Assembly (NCBI GenBank): GCA_019313105.1
Contig: JAFDBW010000197.1
Coordinates: 1 to 31,749, forward strand
DNA: 31,749 nt
Direction: 5' to 3'
From: Deltaproteobacteria bacterium
GTDB taxonomy: Bacteria; Desulfobacterota; Desulfuromonadia; Desulfuromonadales; BM103
Below the pieces are notes generated by a model. It saw nothing but the letters and a program-made list of their open reading frames with translations. It did no database searches and was not told where the DNA came from. Of the stretch, positions 7,598 through 17,877 are shown one piece after another; the stretch's first letter is position 1, and every line of letters starts with the position of its first letter. Position numbers and translations under genes: made by a program.

Positions 7598-10500
7598 TTA
7601 CGCGACCTCTTTCATACAGACCGAAACAAGTTTCGACACGCCGGGTTCCTCCATGGTAATGCCGTAAAGGTTGTCGGCGATTTCCATGGTCCGTTTGTTG
7701 TGGGTAATGATGATGAACTGCGAGGACTCGGACATGTCCCTGACGATCTCGTTAAAACGTCCGATATTCGCGTCATCCAGCGGCGAATCGACCTCGTCAA
7801 GCAAACAGAAAGGCGACGGCTTGATAAGGAAGATGGAAAAAATCATGGCGACGGCAGTCAGGGCTTTTTCTCCACCGGAAAGCAGTGTGACGTTCTGCAA
7901 TTTCTTGCCTGGAGGCTGGGCGACCACCTCGATCCCGGTTTCCAGGAGGTCACTCTCATCGGTCAGGCGCAGCTCCGCCTGACCGCCGTTGAACAGCCGC
8001 GGGAAGAGCTCCTGAAACGTAGCATTGACCTGGTCGAAGGTCTCCCGAAAGCGTTTCCGGGTGGTCCGGTTGATTTTGGCGATCGCCGACTGCAGGCCTT
8101 CCAGTGATTTCTGCAGATCTTCCTGTTGTTCGGTCATAAACAGGTAACGCTCCTCGAGCTCCTGGTATTCGTCGATCGCCATCAGGTTGACTTCACCGAT
8201 TTCATCGATCCGTTTCTGCAGGTAGTCGCGACGCTCCTCAGCTGTGACTTCGTCAAACTCCTCGTCGTACTTCTCCTTGAGATCGGGGTTTGCCAGGTCG
8301 ATCCGATAGCGATCCTGAAACGCCAACAGCATATGTTCAATCTCCAGTTGCAGCTCACGACTCTGCAGCTGTCGCGACGAGAGCTCATCTCGCAAAGATT
8401 GTGCCCGGCTGCGAAGCTGCTTGAGCTCCACCTCTCGTTTTTCAATATCCTGTCGACTTGCTTCAAATCGCTCACGCAAACCGGCAAGCTCCTGCTCTTG
8501 CTCGACGCGCTTGTGATAGAGGTCTTCCATCTCCCTCTTGAGCTGTTTGGCCTCATTACGCAAGTTGGTCTGAGTCTCAACCGCCTCGACAGCATCCTGT
8601 CTCAGCGTTTCCTGGCGTTGATGCAGTTCCTCGCGCAGATTCAGCAGTTTGTCCAGAGCCGCACGACTGCCTTCTTCCCTTTCCCGCAAACTCGCCAGAT
8701 TTACTTTCAGGCCGGTCACTGTCTGACGCGACTCGTTGGTTCGCCCGCGCAGGGTCAGCAACTCGTCCTGCATGCGTGTCACCAAGGCTTCGAGCTCGCG
8801 TTTTTCCGCCTCTCTGCTCTCGCGTGTCGAGGATGAGGTTTGCAGAGTCCGCTGCAGCGCTTCATGCTCCTCGTGCAGTTGTGCCTCTTCCAGGCTCAGG
8901 ACTTCGATGCGTTCCTGGAGACGGGCATCCTCCAGCATCAGGCCGTCGAGGTCTTTGCGATTATCCAGGACACGGATTTCCTTCTGATGCAGGTCCTGTT
9001 CCGCCTGACGCAGGGCGACATCCGTTGCCACCGACTCTTCGCGCAACCGGTCCCGCTGCTGATTCAGTTTGGCAACCTCTGCATCCAGGATCTTGACCTG
9101 TTTCTGCAGTTCTTTCATCTCTCGCTTTTTGTGCAGCAGCCCCTGATCGAGGGCCTGGCGACCGCCGCCGGTCACTTCGCCGCGGCAGGTCAACACGTTG
9201 CCGTCTTCGGTGACCAGGGTGATGCCAAATGGCAGCTTCTGCCCAAAATAGTTCTTCAGATCGGGGACAAGACAAGCACCGGCAAGTAAGCGGAAAATCG
9301 TGTCCTGGAAACCGGAGCGCACCTGCAGGAGTCCCGCGAGAGGGATCCCTCCGGCAATCTCCGGGGCATCGTCGATAGGGCACTCCGGCAGCATGAACGT
9401 ACAGCGGCCTTCATTGTCACGCAGATATTCAAGGGCATCGACGACATTGTCCAGGTGTTCCGGCAGGAGAGCCTGGACACGTTCACCAAGGACAGCTTCG
9501 ATCGCCGCTTCGTACTTTGGCGGTACATCCAGAATATCGGCAACCAGCCCCTTCATGTGAGTCTTGTGGCGTTCATCGGACAGGAGAGTCTTGACGCCGC
9601 GGGCATAGCCTTCGAGATTGCGTTCCAACTGTTCGAGGGATTCAAGCCGTGAGCGCTGCCGACTGAGTTCTTCCCGGCGCTGCAGAAGCTGATTCTCCGC
9701 CTGCTCAAGCTGCCCCTTCAGGCTGACCTGAAGCGCCTGCAACGTCTCACGATGAGTGATCAGATCGCCGCGCTCTTTCTCTATCGACTCCAGGGTGGAG
9801 TTGAGAGTGCTGCTGCTGTTGTGCAGATGCTTGAGCTGTTCAGTCACCGCGACCGCTTCATGATGATTGCGCTCGGTCAGATCGGCAAGGACAGCGATCC
9901 GCCGGTCGGCTTCCTCCTGCTGGCTGCTCATCCGGGTTAGATCGGCCATCAGCTGATAGAGATTCTGACGGGCCTGCTCCAATTGGCTCCCCAGACGATC
10001 TTCCTGGTCCGTCAGGTCCAGCAGGGTATCTTCACTCTTCGCAAGTCGTGCCTCTTCCTCGGTAAAGGCCCTGGCGTGCTCTTCGCGGGCCTCGCGCAAC
10101 GCAGCCTCTTCTTCATCAGCAGTTGTCAGGCGGCGGTCAATTGCAGCCAGTTCGGCCTTGATGCGTTCCTGGTGGCGATCGAGAGACTCGACTTCCCGAG
10201 CCCCGAATTCGAGGCGACTTTCAATGCGCTGGATATCACCGGTCAGCTGGAACACGCCCTCCTGGCCCCGGGTCGCCTCCTTGTCCCGTTCGTCATGCTG
10301 CAGCCGGGCCTGCTCGAGCCCCAGTTCGGCCTGCTCGAGCTGGCGGTTCACGACATCGACCTGCCCGGTCTGTTGGTCTGCAGAGCTGCCGGCCTGTTCG
10401 GCCCTGGCCTGCAGCGCCGAATACTGGCGCAGACCGAACTGCAGTTCCAGTCCGCGCAGTTCTTCGCGGAACTCGCGAAAGCGCTTGGCGCGCTGGGCCT

Positions 10501-11131
10501 GTCGCTTGAGGCTGTTCATCTGGCGGCGGACTTCGCTGATAATGTCACTGAGGCGCAGCAGGTTCTGACGGGTCGCTTCGATCTTGCGCAATGCGGTCTT
10601 CTTGCGGGCTTTGAACTTGGTAACCCCGGCGGCCTCCTCGATCAGTGAACGGCGATCTTCGGGCTTGGCATTGATAATCATGCCGATTTTGCCCTGCTCG
10701 ATAATCGAGTAGGCGCGCGTACCAACACCGGTGTCCATGAAAAGCTCGGTAATATCGAGTAACCGACAGGGGGTCCTGTTCAACAGGTATTCACTCTCGC
10801 CATTGCGGTAGAGTCGCCTGGTTACCTGAATTTCGGCATACTCACGGAACGCGGCCGGAGCCAGCCCGGACGTGTTGTCCATGATCAGGTTGACCTCGGC
10901 CATCCCGAGGGGCTTGCGGTTTTCACTGCCGCCGAAGATGACATCTTCCATCAACCTGCCGCGCAGGTTGCGGGCACTCTGCTCGCCCATAACCCAGCGG
11001 ATGGCATCAACGACATTACTCTTGCCGCAGCCGTTGGGACCGACAATCGAGGTTATGCCATCATCGAAATCGAGGAATGTCCGCTCGACAAATGATTTAA
11101 ACCCTGTAATTTCAATACGTTTTATTTTCAT
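7598..11131 (-). CDS. smc: Chromosome segregation protein SMC
   Basis: Walker A GPNGCGKSN, coiled coils, hinge, signature LSGGEKAL and Walker B LLDEVD. Start set at ATG 11131 (MKIKRIEI). Confidence 0.98.
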   Translation of the reverse strand: MKIKRIEITGFKSFVERTFLDFDDGITSIVGPNGCGKSNVVDAIRWVMGEQSARNLRGRLMEDVIFGGSENRKPLGMAEVNLIMDNTSGLAPAAFREYAEIQVTRRLYRNGESEYLLNRTPCRLLDITELFMDTGVGTRAYSIIEQGKIGMIINAKPEDRRSLIEEAAGVTKFKARKKTALRKIEATRQNLLRLSDIISEVRRQMNSLKRQAQRAKRFREFREELRGLELQFGLRQYSALQARAEQAGSSADQQTGQVDVVNRQLEQAELGLEQARLQHDERDKEATRGQEGVFQLTGDIQRIESRLEFGAREVESLDRHQERIKAELAAIDRRLTTADEEEAALREAREEHARAFTEEEARLAKSEDTLLDLTDQEDRLGSQLEQARQNLYQLMADLTRMSSQQEEADRRIAVLADLTERNHHEAVAVTEQLKHLHNSSSTLNSTLESIEKERGDLITHRETLQALQVSLKGQLEQAENQLLQRREELSRQRSRLESLEQLERNLEGYARGVKTLLSDERHKTHMKGLVADILDVPPKYEAAIEAVLGERVQALLPEHLDNVVDALEYLRDNEGRCTFMLPECPIDDAPEIAGGIPLAGLLQVRSGFQDTIFRLLAGACLVPDLKNYFGQKLPFGITLVTEDGNVLTCRGEVTGGGRQALDQGLLHKKREMKELQKQVKILDAEVAKLNQQRDRLREESVATDVALRQAEQDLHQKEIRVLDNRKDLDGLMLEDARLQERIEVLSLEEAQLHEEHEALQRTLQTSSSTRESREAEKRELEALVTRMQDELLTLRGRTNESRQTVTGLKVNLASLREREEGSRAALDKLLNLREELHQRQETLRQDAVEAVETQTNLRNEAKQLKREMEDLYHKRVEQEQELAGLRERFEASRQDIEKREVELKQLRSRAQSLRDELSSRQLQSRELQLEIEHMLLAFQDRYRIDLANPDLKEKYDEEFDEVTAEERRDYLQKRIDEIGEVNLMAIDEYQELEERYLFMTEQQEDLQKSLEGLQSAIAKINRTTRKRFRETFDQVNATFQELFPRLFNGGQAELRLTDESDLLETGIEVVAQPPGKKLQNVTLLSGGEKALTAVAMIFSIFLIKPSPFCLLDEVDSPLDDANIGRFNEIVRDMSESSQFIIITHNKRTMEIADNLYGITMEEPGVSKLVSVCMKEVA

Positions 11132-11190
11132 TGGGATCACTGCAGAGACCATGGCAAAATGCCCCTGATGCCCTGCTTAAGTAACCGGCG

Positions 11191-11219
11191 ATGTTAGCAA
11201 GCTATGACAACGCTGTAAA
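11191..11219 (-). promoter_or_regulatory. sigma70 promoter of the smc operon
   Basis: TTTACA, 17-bp spacer, TAACAT, with extended -10 TGc. Confidence 0.55.
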
Positions 11220-11263
11220 GCAGATTTAATGTCTCGAAGGCTACGGTTTTTGAGTCAATAAGG

Positions 11264-11292
11264 TTGCCCTTAAAGGTTCCTGCCGTTATCTT
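11264..11292 (+). promoter_or_regulatory. sigma70 promoter of the RluA-family gene
   Basis: TTGCCC (11264-11269), 17-bp spacer, TATCTT (11287-11292); the ATG is only 12 nt downstream. Confidence 0.5.
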
Positions 11293-11304
11293 GTTTTTAC
11301 GATC

Positions 11305-12207
11305 ATGACTGCATGGAAAATCAACCTCATAGAGGCGGGACTCCCTCTGCCTGATGCGATCACCTTGAGGGTGCCGTCTGCTCCCATTGGCTTTGTCCGT
11401 AAACTATGCAAAAAACAGCGAGTTGTGGTCGGTGATCAGATCGGCGATATAAGCCGGACAGTTCAATACGGAGAACAGGTCCTGATAAAATCATCCGAGC
11501 GCTGGCTTGAGTTATTGGAACGCTCACCGGTTCAACCTGCCGAGATCCTTTACGAAGACACGGAATGCCTGGTCATCAACAAACCGTCAGGGCTGGCTGT
11601 GCACCATGCCCATGGGCACGACGATGACCTGAAATCCCGGTTACAGAATTTTCTGCAACAGCGCAGGGAAAGATTTCAGCTGGCACCGATCCATCGGCTC
11701 GATGCGGGCACCTCCGGAGCCATACTGTTTGGTAAAGGAAAAAAGGCCACCGGCCAGCTTGGCCAGGAGCTGATGGCAGGAGGAATCACCAAACGATACC
11801 TGGCGCTTGTACAGGGTGTTGTCGACGAGGCTGGCGAGTTGACTACCCCGGTCCTCGCAAAGGGGCGCATGAAAGCCGCACTGACCAGATTCCGGCCAAT
11901 AGACAACAACGGTTGGACGACACTCCTTGAGCTCGAACTGGTCACCGGTCGGCGACATCAGATCCGCAAGCAGCTGTCAGAAGCTGGCTGGCCGATCATC
12001 GGTGACAGCCGTTATCATCAAAGACCCAGAGTGGCCGCTGAGCGGCTCTTGTTGCATTGCCGCTTTCTGGCCTACCGAAACCCGGTCAGTGGCCGCATGA
12101 TTGAAGTCGTCAGCCCCCTGCCAGAAGACTTTATCGCAGAACTTTCGAGGCTTGGCTTGCCCACTCGTGACCTCTCGGGATTGATTCGACAAAATACTGC
12201 CACATGA
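11305..12207 (+). CDS. RluA-family RNA pseudouridine synthase
   Basis: Motifs INKPSGLAVH, catalytic HRLDAGTSG, GRRHQIR and PIIGDSRY. Confidence 0.93.
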   Translation: MTAWKINLIEAGLPLPDAITLRVPSAPIGFVRKLCKKQRVVVGDQIGDISRTVQYGEQVLIKSSERWLELLERSPVQPAEILYEDTECLVINKPSGLAVHHAHGHDDDLKSRLQNFLQQRRERFQLAPIHRLDAGTSGAILFGKGKKATGQLGQELMAGGITKRYLALVQGVVDEAGELTTPVLAKGRMKAALTRFRPIDNNGWTTLLELELVTGRRHQIRKQLSEAGWPIIGDSRYHQRPRVAAERLLLHCRFLAYRNPVSGRMIEVVSPLPEDFIAELSRLGLPTRDLSGLIRQNTAT

Positions 12208-12279
12208 CTGTAAATACAGGTATAATGTCTTGCGAGACAGAGGCCTTCAACCCTAAACAAATGGCACACTACTCCCACC

Positions 12280-13653
12280 ATGCCAGTAGCTGACCAACAA
12301 CAAAGGACAGCCCTGCACAGACGCGCCGCGCTCAAGACAGCTGCCTTATATGCAGTTGTCGCCTGCCTTTGGATCTACTTATCCGACATGTTCCTGGAGC
12401 TGTTCATCCAGGATCCGCGTCAGCTGACCCAGGCACAAACGATCAAGGGCGCACTGTACGTCATCGTGACGTCAGCTCTTCTTTACCTGTACCTAGGCCA
12501 TTGTCTGCAATCCCTGCGCAAGCAAGAAGATCGGTTGAAAGAAGAGCAGGAACGTATCCAGCAGGAGGTCGCGGAACGTTTTCAACAGCTCAACACCCTG
12601 TTCAACTCGATGAATGCAGTCGTTTATGTCGCCGACATGGAAACCTACGAGCTGTTGTATGTCAACAAGTGTGCTATTGAGCATTTCGGCTCTAGCTGGC
12701 AGGGACGCAAATGTTTTCACTACCTCCAGTCGGGCATAGAGGAGCCTTGTGCCTTTTGCACAAACCCTCAACTTCTTACCAACGGTGAGCCTGGCGATAC
12801 GGTCACATGGGAATTTGAAAACCTGAAGAACCATCGCTGGTATGAATGTTTTGACAAGGCCATCCTCTGGACCAACGGCAGGCTTGCACGCCTGGAAATT
12901 GCTTTCGATATCACGGAGCGCAAGGAGCTCGAAAGGATCAAGGACGAGCTGCTCTCTTCCATAAGTCATGAAATGCGAACCCCGCTGACAGCAATCAGTG
13001 GATTTGCCGAACTGCTGCTGAACGAAGAAGAGCTGCCGCAGCACCACCGCAAGCACCTCGAAATCGTCCTCCGCGAAGCAGAAAAACTGTCCGAGTTGAT
13101 CAACAGGTTCCTCGATGCACGACGGCTGAAAATTAACCGATCACGGATCAATTACCGGGATCTTGTTGTTGCTGAACTGCTGGAGAAAGCGCTGCAGGGC
13201 ACCCGTTACTGTAAAGCGAAGCACGACATCCGCATTGACTGCGAGGCTGATGTCATGGTGTTCGGCAACAGCAAGGAACTCATCCAGGTTTTCTCGCAAT
13301 TGCTCGAAAATGCCTGCCGCTACTCTCCCGAAGGGGGCGAGATCGTTGTCCGGGCAGAGACCGTTGCCGACGAAACCATTCTCTGCTTTTCTGATCTGGG
13401 CCTCGGCATTCCGCATCACGAACTGGACAATATTTTTCAGCCCTTTCACCGCTTGGATACTGGCGACAGACGCCGTACGGGCGGCGTCGGCCTCGGTCTG
13501 AGTGTGGCAAATGAAATCATTTCTTTGCATGGCGGCGAGATCCGTGTCGAAAGCACTCCGGGTAAAGGCAGCACATTCAAAATTATATTACCTTTGCCAA
13601 ACCGGAGGGCAACAGCCCCTGACATCGAAAGCACCGGACCGGGCCAGACATGA
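12280..13653 (+). CDS. Membrane-bound PAS-domain sensor histidine kinase
   Basis: Two N-terminal TM helices, PAS domain, H-box SHEMRTPL, N-box QLLENACRYS, G1 DLGLGI and G2 GVGLGL. Confidence 0.95.
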   Translation: MPVADQQQRTALHRRAALKTAALYAVVACLWIYLSDMFLELFIQDPRQLTQAQTIKGALYVIVTSALLYLYLGHCLQSLRKQEDRLKEEQERIQQEVAERFQQLNTLFNSMNAVVYVADMETYELLYVNKCAIEHFGSSWQGRKCFHYLQSGIEEPCAFCTNPQLLTNGEPGDTVTWEFENLKNHRWYECFDKAILWTNGRLARLEIAFDITERKELERIKDELLSSISHEMRTPLTAISGFAELLLNEEELPQHHRKHLEIVLREAEKLSELINRFLDARRLKINRSRINYRDLVVAELLEKALQGTRYCKAKHDIRIDCEADVMVFGNSKELIQVFSQLLENACRYSPEGGEIVVRAETVADETILCFSDLGLGIPHHELDNIFQPFHRLDTGDRRRTGGVGLGLSVANEIISLHGGEIRVESTPGKGSTFKIILPLPNRRATAPDIESTGPGQT

Positions 13654-16600
13654 CCAACAATTCGCCGAAATCCTCATCAACCAGACGTCGCCGGGTGCTC
13701 TCAGGCCTACTGGTCATATGCGTCCTGGTCGGGTCATGGGTTGCTTATTTCCTTGCCAACTTTGACCTTAACGATTACCGGAAATACCTGGAAGGGGAGC
13801 TTTCCAGCCTGCTGTCCCTTCCTGCCAGGATCGACAGCATCCACTACAACTTTCATGAAACCAATCTTGCCCTGCACTTGAACGGTCTGCAGCTTGGCGA
13901 CGAAAAGTCGCTGATCCAAATCAACGCTCCGGACACCATGATTGATCTGCAATGGCGAGGGCTGTTCGTGCAGGAATTCAGGTTCATCAGGATCAGACTG
14001 ACCCAACCGGAAGTATGGGTCAGACGCGCGGCAGAAGAAGATGAGAGCTTTACGAAGCCGCCGACACCCTTGATAGACGGCGAGTCGGTCCTCTACAACA
14101 CCAGTATCGGGGCCTTCGATATTATCGACGGCACAGTACACATTGACGCGCCGGATTCAGCACCGGCACAAGCAGAAGTGCTGATTACCGGACTCCGGGG
14201 CGAACTGACTGAAATCCGCTTGAACCAACTCTCCAGAATTCTCCTTGACGGTGAAATGCAACTTCCCGGGCAGAGCGTTCCCAGTTCCTGGCGATTACTC
14301 GGCGGCGCCTCTTTGAGTCTTGATGACAGCAAAGGCTTGACCGCTGAAACCGACCTGCTCCTGGATGTCAAGAAGTTGGACCTCAATGCGCTCAGCGCGA
14401 TCTTGACAAGCAAAACCAAAAAGTTTCACCTTGCCGGTCGCTGTGACCTGAAGCTGCGAATCGAAGGGCCCCTTCGGGAGGCTATCGATTTTCAGATCGG
14501 ATTGTCGTCGGACATGGTTGAGGTCTTGCCAGACCCTGTTTACACCAGGCCTGTTTCCTTTAAGAATCTTCTTGCCAGCGGCCGACTTCTCACTGATGAA
14601 AACCGGTCTGCGATCAGAAACCTGTCGCTTAAAGTCGATGAAGCCCTGCTCGCCGGAGAAATCGAATGGGCCGCACCAAAACAGCCTTTTTCAGCAAGGA
14701 TTGTCCTCGCCAACAGCCGCCTGACCGTACCTCAGATCAAGCAATGGATTCCCGATATTCATGAATCATGGGGTAGAATCCGTAAGCATCTCCAGAGCCG
14801 TGGACAGGTACAATTCGAAACCGTCGAAATACAGATCCTTGAAGGCAAAGATACTCGCAAGAACTGGCAACTGGACAGGCTGAAAGGTGAAGTACAATCT
14901 ATCGCGTGGCAGTTTGAAGGAGCTCCGGAGCTTGAGATCAGGTCACTACCTTTCGATCTGGAAGATGGCGGCTGGCGGATCAGTGATGGTCTTTTGCATA
15001 TGGGCTCTCTGGATATCACTGCTGGCGGTCATGGTGAATACGGCAAAGGCGACTTCACGGTCACATCTCTTGACTTTAATGGAGAGGCCTTGCCCGAGCG
15101 TCTGCTTAGCGACTGGTATATACCGCAAGGGGCGTTGACAACCGAAGGGAAAGCGGCCGTCAGCGGACACATGCAAGGGACCTACAAGCAACTGGCCATA
15201 GACCTGCAGGCAGATTTGTCACATCTCTACCTGAATCACCCGGCCGGGCTGAAATTGGCTCCCGACCAGCAAGACAAACTGAACATCCACGCAACGCTCT
15301 CCCCGGGAAAGATTACTCTGGACCACGGGTCGATCAAATGGTCGGCAGCAAAAGGGCATATTACCGGAAGCTACCTCACCGGAAATCCGAACAGTCTTGC
15401 CCTTGATGCGTTACTGACGATCGACGACCTGACCAGATTGGCAGAAGCGCTGCCGCTACTCGACAAACTGCAGCTACATGGGCAGGCTGAACTCAGTATT
15501 TCGCAGCGCGGCAGGCGCGATGCGAACCGGCCAACAATGTCGCTGACACTGCGCGATGCCGGCCTCAGGGCAACCAGGCATATTGCAGACCTCAAACTGA
15601 TCAACGGCCGCATAAACGTGACACCTGACGGACTGGACACGGAAAACCTGCGTGTCCATCTCGGCGAATCGCCAATGACAGTCAAGGCCGTGCTTGCGGA
15701 CTTCACCGACCCGCGCCTGTCCCTGGATGTCAAGGGACCGACCGTGAGGGCGCAAGACGTCGTTTTCTACTCGGATAAAGCCCTGCTGCGTGACGTCAAC
15801 GGTCACCTGGAGATCGACAGAGATGGCCTGTTGTTTGCGCCGGTTGACGTGCGTCTGGACGGTGGGACACACGCCTCGTTGAACGGCACGATCGGCTTCA
15901 AGCCCCCTTATCCAGTCAAGCTGGACATCACATCAGACTTCGCCCTGATCAGTGAAGTGATCAATCTCTGGTCCAACCGGTCGACAGCAAATCAGAAATC
16001 CACTGAGACGGACAGCTCCGTATCCCCATCCCCCAGGCCGCAGCCCGAGATAAGAATCACTGCCCACATCAAGCAAGGGGATCTTTATGGCATGGCGTTT
16101 CACGACGCCTCCGGCGTTATCGTTCCAACCCGGGGCCGCCTGGTTATCCATCCGCTCGACTTTTCAGTTGGTGAGGGGTATTGCAATGCACAGGTCCTGA
16201 CAGACTTCGTCAAAGGTGGGCCTTCCCATTTAAGGATTTCCGGGCACGCGGAAGACGTCGATGCCCTGGAAGTCTACCGGGAACTGTTGAATCAGGAGAA
16301 TATCGTCCGTGGCGCGTTACGCGGCGACTTTTACCTGACCGGCGATATCGGCAGCAACTTCCTGCCCTCTTCCTTTGGCAGATTCAGCATTCAGATCAGA
16401 GATGGCGTGCTCCACGAGTTTCCTGTTCTGAGCAAGGTATTCTCTCTGCTGAACGTGTCCCAAATCTTTGCCCTGCAGTTGCCGGACATGGATTTGGAGG
16501 GAATGCCCTACGAAAGCCTGACCGCGAATTTTCAACTGGACAATGGAATACTCAAAAGCGAAGACCTGACGATCCGCAGCGAAGCAATGAACCAGTCCTA

Positions 16601-16907
16601 TACCGGTCAGGTTGACCTGGTAAGCAAGGAGATCGACACGGCCATGGCGATTCATCCTCTCGGCACGGTCGACAAGATCGTTTCCAAGGTCCCGGTGGCC
16701 GGCTGGCTGTTGACCGGTGAAGACAAGGCCCTGTTGACAGCACATTTCCGTATCAGCGGCAAGATCGGCGACGTATCGGTCATGATCATGCCTCTGGACA
16801 TGCTCACGGAACCGACGATTGGACTGCTGAGGCGGGCTCTTGGACTGCCTTTCAAGCTCATAGAAGATCCCCAGATCCTCTGGGGTGGCGATTCAGATAA
16901 GGAGTAA
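13650..16907 (+). CDS. AsmA-family (YhdP/AsmA_2-like) envelope protein
   Basis: 1085 aa with an N-terminal signal anchor, long beta-rich repeats and an AsmA_2-like C-terminus (GMPYESLTANFQLDNGILKSEDL...PLGTVDKIVSKVPVAGWLL). Overlaps the kinase stop (ATGA). Confidence 0.85.
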   Translation: MTNNSPKSSSTRRRRVLSGLLVICVLVGSWVAYFLANFDLNDYRKYLEGELSSLLSLPARIDSIHYNFHETNLALHLNGLQLGDEKSLIQINAPDTMIDLQWRGLFVQEFRFIRIRLTQPEVWVRRAAEEDESFTKPPTPLIDGESVLYNTSIGAFDIIDGTVHIDAPDSAPAQAEVLITGLRGELTEIRLNQLSRILLDGEMQLPGQSVPSSWRLLGGASLSLDDSKGLTAETDLLLDVKKLDLNALSAILTSKTKKFHLAGRCDLKLRIEGPLREAIDFQIGLSSDMVEVLPDPVYTRPVSFKNLLASGRLLTDENRSAIRNLSLKVDEALLAGEIEWAAPKQPFSARIVLANSRLTVPQIKQWIPDIHESWGRIRKHLQSRGQVQFETVEIQILEGKDTRKNWQLDRLKGEVQSIAWQFEGAPELEIRSLPFDLEDGGWRISDGLLHMGSLDITAGGHGEYGKGDFTVTSLDFNGEALPERLLSDWYIPQGALTTEGKAAVSGHMQGTYKQLAIDLQADLSHLYLNHPAGLKLAPDQQDKLNIHATLSPGKITLDHGSIKWSAAKGHITGSYLTGNPNSLALDALLTIDDLTRLAEALPLLDKLQLHGQAELSISQRGRRDANRPTMSLTLRDAGLRATRHIADLKLINGRINVTPDGLDTENLRVHLGESPMTVKAVLADFTDPRLSLDVKGPTVRAQDVVFYSDKALLRDVNGHLEIDRDGLLFAPVDVRLDGGTHASLNGTIGFKPPYPVKLDITSDFALISEVINLWSNRSTANQKSTETDSSVSPSPRPQPEIRITAHIKQGDLYGMAFHDASGVIVPTRGRLVIHPLDFSVGEGYCNAQVLTDFVKGGPSHLRISGHAEDVDALEVYRELLNQENIVRGALRGDFYLTGDIGSNFLPSSFGRFSIQIRDGVLHEFPVLSKVFSLLNVSQIFALQLPDMDLEGMPYESLTANFQLDNGILKSEDLTIRSEAMNQSYTGQVDLVSKEIDTAMAIHPLGTVDKIVSKVPVAGWLLTGEDKALLTAHFRISGKIGDVSVMIMPLDMLTEPTIGLLRRALGLPFKLIEDPQILWGGDSDKE

Positions 16908-16913
16908 GCAGGA

Positions 16914-17627
16914 TCAGGCGGCGCGAGTCCCGACGTGGACGGCAGCAATCCCTCCGGTCAGGTCATGGACCTTGACGTCAACAAAGCCGGCCAGCTCCAT
17001 CATTTCTTTGAAGGTTTCACGGTCAGGAAATTCGAGCACGGAATCCGGCAGGTACTGGTAGGCGCTGCGTTGCGAAATCAAACCGCCCAGCCAGGGCAGT
17101 ACACGCAGGAAATAGAAGTAGTAGACAGCCCGAAAAAAGCCATTGCGTGGGGTCGCAAATTCCAGGATCGCTGCTCGCCCGCCGGGTTTCAGGACACGGG
17201 CCATTTCCTCCAGTCCCTTTTGACGGTCAACCACGTTGCGGATCCCGAAGGCGATCGTGATGCCGTCGAAGATGCCATCCGGATGCGGCATCGATTCACA
17301 GGGTGCATTGACCAGCACGATGCGGTCGCGATATGGCGACTCGGCAATTTTCCCACGTCCAAGTACCAGCATCCCCTGGGTAAAATCAGAGCCGACAATC
17401 TTCACACCCGGGGCGGTCTGACGTCCGATCTCAAGGGCCACATCACCTGTCCCCGTGGCAATATCCAACACCCTGCCGTCTTCCGGCACGGCCAGCTGCC
17501 CGACGGCAAAGCGACGCCAGCGCCGGTCTATGCCTAATGACAAGAGCCGGTTCAGCAGATCGTAGCGCGGCGCAATCCGATCAAACATATCGCGAATGCC
17601 GCGGCCTTTTTCGGTGAGTCTGGTCAT
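16914..17627 (-). CDS. ubiE: Demethylmenaquinone methyltransferase (UbiE/MenG)
   Basis: MFDRIAPRYDLLNRLLSLG, SAM-binding LDIATGTGDVA, FGIRNV, and AYQYLPDSV. Confidence 0.95.
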   Translation of the reverse strand: MTRLTEKGRGIRDMFDRIAPRYDLLNRLLSLGIDRRWRRFAVGQLAVPEDGRVLDIATGTGDVALEIGRQTAPGVKIVGSDFTQGMLVLGRGKIAESPYRDRIVLVNAPCESMPHPDGIFDGITIAFGIRNVVDRQKGLEEMARVLKPGGRAAILEFATPRNGFFRAVYYFYFLRVLPWLGGLISQRSAYQYLPDSVLEFPDRETFKEMMELAGFVDVKVHDLTGGIAAVHVGTRAA

Positions 17628-17877
17628 TTTCCATCAAATCCTGTCAGCGGGAATCGCCGGTTATGTAACACGCTGGTCACATTTCTGTCAGTAAAAATGT
17701 CACCACGATCCCCCGGGGAAATATTAACACAGGAAAACTTTACATAAGCATCTTCATCATGTATTCCTCTGCTTTCAGATTCCATCAACCTGTGCAGAAA
17801 TGCTGGCGCGAGAGGACGACAAGTCTCTTATTTCAGATTATACCGGTGCCTGTTAAACAAACCGGTGTGACAAGAGT

